From: a virus
Lineage: Duplodnaviria; Caudoviricetes
Strand: one strand, 5' to 3'
Length of the DNA stretch: 55,699 nt
IMG/VR virus record: IMGVR_UViG_3300037993_000081
Location: 1-55,699 of that record
In this document: positions 1-7,515 of the stretch, in pieces
How the letters are laid out: each line of letters begins with the position of its first letter
Numbering within the stretch: the first letter of the stretch is position 1
Made by a program: the position numbers and the translations under genes
Notes under the pieces: model-generated
Database searches by the model: none
Told to the model about the DNA's origin: nothing
The model's input: only the letters and a program-made list of their open reading frames with translations

Positions 1-82
1 GCCACAGTTCAGCCCAGACCGCGCTTCGGTACCAACACCCGAGCACTGAGGACTTGGTTTTAAAACTCTCGGAGTTACAGTG

Positions 83-274
83 ATGGCTTATTTCGTAAAA
101 GTTAAAGTGGTAAAGAAAATCAAGTGCGCTGAGTGTAAAAAGAAATTTGAACCGAATACCGCCCACCCCCGAAAATTCTGCTCTCTGTTGTGTGCGACGC
201 GACAAACATCTAGGTTGTGGGAGAGAAAAAAACGGAAGAAATTGAAGAAATTGAAACAAACTAGGAGGGGATGA
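83..274 (+). CDS. Small basic Zn-finger protein
   Basis: CAEC...FCSLLC motif and Lys-rich tail; ATG at 83 overlaps an upstream TGA (TGATG). Confidence 0.6.
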   Translation: MAYFVKVKVVKKIKCAECKKKFEPNTAHPRKFCSLLCATRQTSRLWERKKRKKLKKLKQTRRG

Positions 275-489
275 CAATGGAAGGATGTAATATAAACAAT
301 CGACACTGCTATTGCACTGTAACAACAACGTGGCAAACCGTGGAGTATTACCAAGTGCTGAACCATAGTCGCCAAATTGTAGTTTGCCAGTTTTGCGGAG
401 AGGTCAAAGACCCTTTTTCACAAATCCAGTCCGTTCAGACGGTTCCTGATGTGAAACCCAGCAGCAATGTCGAAAGGCGCAAGCCGTAG
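271..489 (+). CDS. Hypothetical Cys-rich protein
   Basis: ATGA overlap with previous gene, GGAGG RBS, CQFC motif. Confidence 0.5.
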   Translation: MTMEGCNINNRHCYCTVTTTWQTVEYYQVLNHSRQIVVCQFCGEVKDPFSQIQSVQTVPDVKPSSNVERRKP

Positions 490-1318
490 GCCACCAGCAT
501 TGCGAAATGTTCATTCCTGGTGCTTTTTTTGTCTCCTGAATCTGCCGCATCCTTGACTCTGCGAGCGCCCGAATTTCAGACGCCAGCTTGATAGGCGGAG
601 GATCGCAGTCCAGTGTGAAAATTGCATCCTGCATCACACCGTCCTCGTTTATCTGGTCGATCCATTTTGCGCGTGAGATCGTGTCCTGCTCCTCGCGCCA
701 TACTCGCGTCCAGTCTTTCGAAAAGCCCTCTCCCGTTCTCTTGCGAATACGCAAGGTCCGCGACCGTGGATGCAGGTAGCCTTGCGAGAATGGCCCGATG
801 TGCTTCCCGTTCCGGCGCTGTCCGATTACAACGACGTGGATGGTCATGGGCAGTTCATAAACCGACTGCTCTCCCAAACTCTTCCACGAATACTGCTCTG
901 CCTTGGAACGCTCATCGCTCCATCGGTCTACGATTAAAACCCTATGCAAACGCACGCCAGAGGGGTCCAGGAAGGCAGACGAGGCCCAACTGACACCTTG
1001 GACCGTCCGATCCTCTGGTCGCGCCCAGGGAGGCTCTAATGCGCGAAGCAGTATGGTCACTAAGTCTGCTAAGGCCGCGTTGTGCAAGGCTATGGGGTAG
1101 ACGCCGGAACCTTCGATGTCCAAGCCGCGCTCTGCTGCCAGCGTCATCACATAATCCCCTGCTGTTTGGCCGGGATCGTCTTCCTCGGACATCAGACCAA
1201 CGTCTACCGCCCGTCTCAGGATTTCGGTTGGATGGATTCTGGAAAACTCCCAGTCTCGGGAATAAAAGCCTGCTCTTGGACACCGATCAGAAGCGGCCAG
1301 AAGATCAGCCGAGAACAC
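404..1318 (-). CDS. Cas4/AddB-like PD-(D/E)XK-family protein with Fe-S-type Cys staple
   Basis: N-terminal DRCPR and C-terminal CWWPTACAFRHCC match the 1+3 Cys layout; catalytic D..ExK not evident. Confidence 0.6.
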   Translation of the reverse strand: MFSADLLAASDRCPRAGFYSRDWEFSRIHPTEILRRAVDVGLMSEEDDPGQTAGDYVMTLAAERGLDIEGSGVYPIALHNAALADLVTILLRALEPPWARPEDRTVQGVSWASSAFLDPSGVRLHRVLIVDRWSDERSKAEQYSWKSLGEQSVYELPMTIHVVVIGQRRNGKHIGPFSQGYLHPRSRTLRIRKRTGEGFSKDWTRVWREEQDTISRAKWIDQINEDGVMQDAIFTLDCDPPPIKLASEIRALAESRMRQIQETKKAPGMNISQCWWPTACAFRHCCWVSHQEPSERTGFVKKGL

Positions 1319-3045
1319 TACCGCTCCTCGCCCGTGGGCATGTTCGGGTTGGTGGACCGCATCTCTTGCAACTCGCGCTTTTGAACACCAGTAGGCTTGC
1401 CCTGTAGAGAACGCAGCATGTTTCCAGCGGTAGCACCAGCGGCAAACGTAGTTCCAGACACAAGGCGATTCAACGCAGCCACATTCCCCGCTTTTATTGC
1501 TGCCAAGCCAGCATCAGTTGTCATTACGTGGATCAAGGGCAGAAACGGCAGACCAATCATATTGCGATAGAACGTGCTGTGTAGGCCATATCCGACTTTT
1601 AATTCCTTTCCGACTTTTTCAGAAGCCCGGTCGAGTACGTCGGCTGCTTGGCGGAGATTAGAAATTTCTTTCGGAGTAAAAGCTCTCTGAAGATCGCCGG
1701 ATTTGCTCAGTTCATTTAGGCGATTGACGATACTTGGCCCACGCAGTTGTGTCGGGACTGGGCTTAGATCGGGCGATTGTTCTGCTATTGGAGTGCCCTT
1801 CGTTCGTCTTCGAATTGCATCTGCCACCTTCCGCAGCGCAAAACCTTTTGACCAAAGACGATTTGCTTCTTTCCAGTCATCAAGAAGTGGAGTGTCTTTC
1901 AACGCCGCGTCCATTTTGGCGTTCATCCCAGACACTTCATCGCCAATCTTGTTTTTCAATGCTGCATCCGAAGTCGAGCGCTGCATTTTCAAGAGCTGCG
2001 AACGAATCTTAATGTAGGTCGAAAGCGGCTGGCCCGTCGTACTCGGTACAAGTCCCTGCTCTTTCAGGTTTTGCCATGCAACCGGATCAGTCTCAGGTGT
2101 GAATGTGCGACCGTTGATGACAACCCAATCGCCTGCCCCTTCGGTTACTTCAACGCCGAGTTTCTTCGCTCGCGCAATCGCCTGCTCTGTGATCTTCGAA
2201 ACATTCTCCAACCTGTCCGGCACGGTAATAAGAGATTTGTCCAGCGCGTTATACATCGGTCGCGCTTTGGCAAAGGTCGTTTCTTCTGCGTCGGTCATTG
2301 CTTCGGCAGGTTCATCTTTCATCCGCCCGAACATGCCAGAGGTTTGCTGCGCGACATTCCTAATTACTTGCTTTATGGCTGCCTGTTGTTTCCGCGCAAA
2401 TTCAGTAAATTGAGCTTCTCCAAAACCGGAACGTTTAAATGTCGCCTGTGTTCGTCCCATGAATGTTTCCGGCTTCGCTTCGCCAATGAGCACGGGAACT
2501 TTCTCTCCCCCAATTGGTACGTCGATTGGCTGCATACCCTTTTTGATGGATGGAGGTATCAGTGCCGCTCCGCCCTTCGTAAAAGTGTCAACCGGGTGCC
2601 TGATAGCTTTGGCCGTTGCGCCAATTGGGGATTCCGTGATCCCTCTCCCTTTAACATCCCCCAACATCGGCAAGATATTCGCCGCTGTCGCGCCCCAGTC
2701 CACATCTCCGCCCTCGTACTGACGCATGACCGGATTGAGAGATTTGATGTCTGCCCAGAGTTCTTTGTAGTTGGAAGAATCCACAATCGGCCAGTGTTTC
2801 GCAAGCAAAAGGCTCACCAGAGCTTTGGGCATTTTGGATAGCTGCGTTTCAAACGAAGTCAGGTTGCGAGCAAGCGATCCTTCGCCAGTATCCCCGTCAT
2901 TAGGAAGAGTCCCTTTCGGGGGTGGAGCGCCAACGCCAGAAGCAAGGTTGACATTCGGAGGAAGGGAGGAATCTATGTTACCAGTGGCATATTTCGCCCA
3001 CGGTCCATTTTGTTCTGTTGCGTATTTCTCCCAAGGATCGGGCAT
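1318..3045 (-). CDS. Internal virion (DNA ejection) protein
   Basis: Helical Ala/Lys-rich; N-terminal DPWEKY/GPWAKY repeats typical of podovirus ejection proteins; TAATG coupling sets the start at 3045. Confidence 0.65.
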   Translation of the reverse strand: MPDPWEKYATEQNGPWAKYATGNIDSSLPPNVNLASGVGAPPPKGTLPNDGDTGEGSLARNLTSFETQLSKMPKALVSLLLAKHWPIVDSSNYKELWADIKSLNPVMRQYEGGDVDWGATAANILPMLGDVKGRGITESPIGATAKAIRHPVDTFTKGGAALIPPSIKKGMQPIDVPIGGEKVPVLIGEAKPETFMGRTQATFKRSGFGEAQFTEFARKQQAAIKQVIRNVAQQTSGMFGRMKDEPAEAMTDAEETTFAKARPMYNALDKSLITVPDRLENVSKITEQAIARAKKLGVEVTEGAGDWVVINGRTFTPETDPVAWQNLKEQGLVPSTTGQPLSTYIKIRSQLLKMQRSTSDAALKNKIGDEVSGMNAKMDAALKDTPLLDDWKEANRLWSKGFALRKVADAIRRRTKGTPIAEQSPDLSPVPTQLRGPSIVNRLNELSKSGDLQRAFTPKEISNLRQAADVLDRASEKVGKELKVGYGLHSTFYRNMIGLPFLPLIHVMTTDAGLAAIKAGNVAALNRLVSGTTFAAGATAGNMLRSLQGKPTGVQKRELQEMRSTNPNMPTGEER

Positions 3046-4505
3046 TATTGTGCGACCTTTGTCCAACTACTCTTATCAGCAGGATTGCCGCCAATGAAAC
3101 GGTATCCACCGTCTGTTGTTCCAATCGCCGGGACGTTACTCAGATTGAATGCTCCGTTGTAAGCGGCTTGCTTGGCATTCAACCACTCTCGCGCTCCGTC
3201 TACCATCTGCCGTATTAGGTCAGTAGGAAGCGCACCAGTTGTAGTGTCATTCGCCCATTGCTCGATTGTAGCCCCCCAACCGATCTTTTTAATGTAATCC
3301 AAGGCTTGTGTCGTGAAGCGTCCTGCACTAGCTCTTTCGAGAGCCACGGCAAGACGTTTCTGATTGAAAGCATCGTCTGGTTTACTAGCAACGTCATTCG
3401 CAGTCGTCATCAAACCTTTAGCATCGTCTAGTTCAGTTTGGGCTTTATTTTGAGAAGCCGTATTTTTGTGTCCGACTGGTGCTCCCTCAGATACCACGCC
3501 AGCGCCGTTTTTAGCTAACTTATTTTTCATCGCACCAACTTCTTTCATCTGCTGACCCGCTGGTTTTGTCGGCGTAGTTGGCTTGTTTGAACGTAATCCC
3601 GGAGGGGCTGGCGTGCCGCTCCCATGAATAAATTTCTGAGTTACTCCGCGCATGATTACTGGAACTTGATCCCCGTTAGCCTTGGTTACAATAACCACCC
3701 GATCACCCACCGTGCTTGCTTCCGACTGCATGGCCTTCCATGTCTCGTAAAAAGCCTTTTGCTCCGGCTTCATGTCCTTCCACGCTACAGGTGGATCGAA
3801 GGAATTACCGTAAGATTCAAGGCTTATTTCAGTGCTGGTTTCAGGCTTTGGTGGTTTTAGCGCTGGTTTCCATCCGGCGAGAACGTCTTCTGGAATATTT
3901 TGCCCTGCCGAATTAACGACATTAGAAGGATCAGCCTCTTCTCGGTAAATCGTCATCGGATTCCCGGCAGAATCAGTTCCGTCTTCCCGCTTAAACTTTG
4001 GCTTTGTCGGTTTCTCCTCAATTCCACCCTGTTTCTTTGCCCACGTCTCCGCTTGCTCTGGCGGTAAGTCTTTTCCCGTCGCTTCCTTCCAAATCTTCTG
4101 AAAGTCTTTGAACTTGTCTGGCTGTTGCGGTGCCGCCGCCGTCATCGACGCGACCGATGGCAGATTGTTGATTGGCTGCTTCTGGGTCGGCTCCTGTTGG
4201 CGAAACACATGCCGAAATAGTTTCTTGACTCGCCCAAGAGCGTCGGGATTGTTCGACGGATGCAAGAGTTGAAAGAGTTGGTCGCGCTCGCCACTGAGAG
4301 CCTTTGTCAGTTCGGGATCACCGGGATTCTGCCCGAGCTTTGCTTGAATGCCCTTCATGGTGTCTACGTGCATCTGTACAGCATCTTCCAGAGCTTCATC
4401 GGAGAGATTCTGTCGGCGCTGTTTCTGCGCTTCAATGCGGTTGACAACATCTCCCGCGCCCGCCGCTCCCGCAAAGCCTTCGACCAAACCCTCAAGAAGT
4501 GGCAT
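3045..4505 (-). CDS. Internal virion (DNA ejection) protein
   Basis: N-terminal GLVEGFAGAAG, C-terminal GYRFIGGNPADKSSW; TAATG coupling sets the start at 4505; position after tail genes. Confidence 0.65.
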   Translation of the reverse strand: MPLLEGLVEGFAGAAGAGDVVNRIEAQKQRRQNLSDEALEDAVQMHVDTMKGIQAKLGQNPGDPELTKALSGERDQLFQLLHPSNNPDALGRVKKLFRHVFRQQEPTQKQPINNLPSVASMTAAAPQQPDKFKDFQKIWKEATGKDLPPEQAETWAKKQGGIEEKPTKPKFKREDGTDSAGNPMTIYREEADPSNVVNSAGQNIPEDVLAGWKPALKPPKPETSTEISLESYGNSFDPPVAWKDMKPEQKAFYETWKAMQSEASTVGDRVVIVTKANGDQVPVIMRGVTQKFIHGSGTPAPPGLRSNKPTTPTKPAGQQMKEVGAMKNKLAKNGAGVVSEGAPVGHKNTASQNKAQTELDDAKGLMTTANDVASKPDDAFNQKRLAVALERASAGRFTTQALDYIKKIGWGATIEQWANDTTTGALPTDLIRQMVDGAREWLNAKQAAYNGAFNLSNVPAIGTTDGGYRFIGGNPADKSSWTKVAQ

Positions 4506-5053
4506 TATCCCCCCGTTCCGCCCGCGACTCCAGACACAATTTGGGCAATGCTGTTGAAAATATCTTCCCACTTGGCCTGATTTTGTTTCTGCATAGTAGT
4601 GGCTGCATTGAAGCCTGCCTCGTGCCCGCTCAAGCCAGTGCTCAGAAGGCCGCTTCCCGACGATCCCAAGGCTCCTGCCGCTGTCCCAGTCAGTTTTGAG
4701 ATCATGCTGTCAATCGAAGACCGCGTAGTGTCGTCAGTCGTTTGCATGAAGGCATTCGTGCCGCCGCCGCGGTTGCCAAACTCAGACGCGGTTTTCTTGG
4801 CTTGCTGCCCTTGTTTGTTGACCGCGCTCATCTCCGGCCCGAGCACTTTGGAAATCTGGCCCATGTCGCCAGAGAGAATCGCCTTCCAGAAATTGTCGCT
4901 CGCAAGGATGTCGCCTTCGCCTTGAGACGTAGCAAAGTTGGAAAGCGCGGCAATGTCGCTGTACTGCGTTTTCTCGTTCCCGCTTGGCCCGAAGCCGATG
5001 CCGAAGAAACCGTCTTCGTTTTTCCAGAGGTAGCGCAACCATTGTTTCAGCAT
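4505..5053 (-). CDS. Small ejection/pilot protein (P22 gp7-like position)
   Basis: Gly/Ser/Ala-rich 182 aa, first of three coupled ejection-like genes. Confidence 0.6.
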   Translation of the reverse strand: MLKQWLRYLWKNEDGFFGIGFGPSGNEKTQYSDIAALSNFATSQGEGDILASDNFWKAILSGDMGQISKVLGPEMSAVNKQGQQAKKTASEFGNRGGGTNAFMQTTDDTTRSSIDSMISKLTGTAAGALGSSGSGLLSTGLSGHEAGFNAATTMQKQNQAKWEDIFNSIAQIVSGVAGGTGG

Positions 5054-5083
5054 AATTCCCTCGTTTCTATCCTACCCCACTCG

Positions 5084-5878
5084 TCAATGAGTAACGCAAA
5101 CGTGGTCAGGATCAGAACCATCCCGGTACAAGTTCCCTGCGACAAGTCCTGCTGCCACTGCCGCCCCGTTATTCGCAAAGACTTGCAAATTTTTGATGCT
5201 CATAGTGCTGTATAGCTTCGGGCTGTAAAGTGACGCTCCGCTGTCCAGCACGACTGGCCCGCTCCCAACCGTGCTGTCCATCAGGTCAGAAGCTCCAGGC
5301 CGAGCCGCCGTGAATGCCCCGCTCGCTGCGTTGTAGCTCGTCAGAAAGTAGTGCGGCACGAAGCTGAAAGTCTGTGCAAATGGCGGAATCGTCGTAGCCC
5401 ACCAGTTCGTGCCGTCGAAAAATACCAGCGCAAACTGACCCACCGGGATCAGCCATGAACTGAGATTATTGATCTGCCCGGTCGTAGGCGTGAGAGTTGC
5501 AAGCCCAAGACACTGATTTTCGATTACCACATAGAACGGCGCGGCAATCGTGCTTGTCAGTGATACGGCAAACGTAGCTGCCGATTCCAGAATGAGCAGC
5601 GCACCAAAATCCCCCGCCACCAGACTGTACGCCCCGGTGCTCTGCTGGTTGACAATCCCGATGCTTGAGCCGCTTGGAGCTGATCCGCCAGCCACCTGGC
5701 TCAATGCAGAAGTGGCCATAATCGTTTTGGTATTCGCATTGACTTTCGGGACGAGATTGGCAATCGCCTGATTCAAGTCATCCAAACCGGAAAAGGCGTA
5801 GCGCAAGGCTTGGGCGACCATCGGATGCACGTCATCCGGCAGAACAAACGGCAGACGAAATGAAGTAGGTGCACTCAC
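5084..5878 (-). CDS. Tail fibre / fibre adaptor protein (no signal peptide)
   Basis: Short N-terminal coiled coil, NQQSTGAYSLVAGDFG segment and C-terminal FANNGAAVAAGLVAGNLYR, both fibre-type motifs. Confidence 0.6.
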   Translation of the reverse strand: MSAPTSFRLPFVLPDDVHPMVAQALRYAFSGLDDLNQAIANLVPKVNANTKTIMATSALSQVAGGSAPSGSSIGIVNQQSTGAYSLVAGDFGALLILESAATFAVSLTSTIAAPFYVVIENQCLGLATLTPTTGQINNLSSWLIPVGQFALVFFDGTNWWATTIPPFAQTFSFVPHYFLTSYNAASGAFTAARPGASDLMDSTVGSGPVVLDSGASLYSPKLYSTMSIKNLQVFANNGAAVAAGLVAGNLYRDGSDPDHVCVTH

Positions 5879-7509
5879 GAGAATGGCTTCAGAACCTTGT
5901 AGCCCTCAGTTCTGCCCCATGTCCCAACTTTCAGTTCCATGTCATTCTGCCATAGCAAAAATGGGGAAGCCGAGCTTATAAACCCTTCGATCAACTTCCA
6001 CTTATTTGCTGGCAAAGTAACCTTCTGCTTGATCTCGCTTCCACTAGAACTCGGGAGTGTGATGGTGATCGCGGGCCATTGATCGAACGTCAGTAAGAGT
6101 GTAATCGCCGTTGTCGAGCTATAAGCGATGTTCATTTCCCTCGCGTGCTGCCAACCGACTCCGCCCAGACTCTTCATTAAAAAGTGGAAACTTAGCCGTT
6201 GGTAAACATCGTCATCCATTGGAATGATCGAAGGCTGACAAATATCAAGGATCGTCCCTGAGTTGACCGGCCAAGTAAAAACTACGCCGAGATCGCGCGC
6301 GTAGAGACCTTCACTGTCGTTGAAGTCGAGAATGATCGCGTTGCGGCCTTGCACTGTTGATTCATTGATTGCAATGCTCGTAGTCGGAACCGCTGTTTCG
6401 TAAAGCGCCGTGCATGGCTGGACGTAAAGCGAGAGATCGGGAACAAACGCACCCGAGGTATAGCTCGGGATGCAGGATGTTCCGCCACCGCCACCGCCAC
6501 CGCTTGTCAAAACGTTCAAAGTCACCGTGACAGTCTGTGGTGATCCGGTCGCTCCCGTTGCGGTGATTGTGAGATGCCCTATGTAAGTACCGGGAGCAAG
6601 TCCTGTGATGTTCACGCTTGCGACCACGGTCGCAGCGCCAGTACCGCTTGCAGGCGAACCGGAAAGCCAAACGGAATCCGATGCGACTGTCCAGTTCATT
6701 GTTCCGCCATTTCCGTTCGAGATGCCGACGTTTTGAGAGGCTGGATTTGAACCGGATTGTAGCGCTGAAAACGTTAGCGCCGTTGGTGACACGGCGAGAA
6801 TCGGAGTGCTGCCAGAACCATAGAAAGCCGCAGCTACACTCCCCCAAGTGTTCGCGACTCCCAAGGAATTGAAGTAAGCAGGATAGGTTCCTGGCGTAGC
6901 GTTCGCAATGTATTCAGCAACCCCATAATACGGCCAACTCCCGCCCGTCGTGGCTGGAGTTAGGGTAAATCCACTTCCCGCATTGACAGATGCAACTTGA
7001 AAATTGCTAGCCACCGCAAGCACAAGGTCAGTATTAGGAACGGTCAGGTTGCCCGCGCTCGGATTAGCAGTCAAGCCGGTTGCCGATGCAGAAGCGTCAA
7101 CAGCTCCGTATCCATTTGCTTCGATCAAATAGCCCATCACACTAAGACTGGTGGCATTGGTCGGCGTAGTAATTTGCAGCGTGGTGTTGACAGCGCTGCC
7201 CATAGAGGCTGCGGATTGGATGTAATAAAGGGCGGCTCTACTGACGATGTAATGGTTCGCGGAATATAACTGTTGTGGACTAACTCCACTATCGGCAACG
7301 AGCGTCCACACAAAGCCGGGAGTGCTCGGGGGAACGATGGTTGGAGTTGGCACAGGAGACGTGGATTCGTCCACATAGGCAATCAAGAGACAGTAGAGGC
7401 TGTTACCTAAAACAGTTGCATTCGCAAAATTGATCGTAGTGCTGAGCGAAGAGACGCCAGTGTTGTTATTCGCCCACTTTGCCGCCGAATCTTGAATGAT
7501 TGTGCCCAT
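5875..7509 (-). CDS. Tail protein with BACON/Ig-like domain and nozzle-like C-terminus
   Basis: LAVSPTALTFSA...MNWTVASDSVWLS.SPASGTG...VTVTLNV (~6510-6805) is BACON-like; beta-rich C-terminus. Confidence 0.65.
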   Translation of the reverse strand: MGTIIQDSAAKWANNNTGVSSLSTTINFANATVLGNSLYCLLIAYVDESTSPVPTPTIVPPSTPGFVWTLVADSGVSPQQLYSANHYIVSRAALYYIQSAASMGSAVNTTLQITTPTNATSLSVMGYLIEANGYGAVDASASATGLTANPSAGNLTVPNTDLVLAVASNFQVASVNAGSGFTLTPATTGGSWPYYGVAEYIANATPGTYPAYFNSLGVANTWGSVAAAFYGSGSTPILAVSPTALTFSALQSGSNPASQNVGISNGNGGTMNWTVASDSVWLSGSPASGTGAATVVASVNITGLAPGTYIGHLTITATGATGSPQTVTVTLNVLTSGGGGGGGTSCIPSYTSGAFVPDLSLYVQPCTALYETAVPTTSIAINESTVQGRNAIILDFNDSEGLYARDLGVVFTWPVNSGTILDICQPSIIPMDDDVYQRLSFHFLMKSLGGVGWQHAREMNIAYSSTTAITLLLTFDQWPAITITLPSSSGSEIKQKVTLPANKWKLIEGFISSASPFLLWQNDMELKVGTWGRTEGYKVLKPFS

Positions 7510-7515
7510 CAGCTT

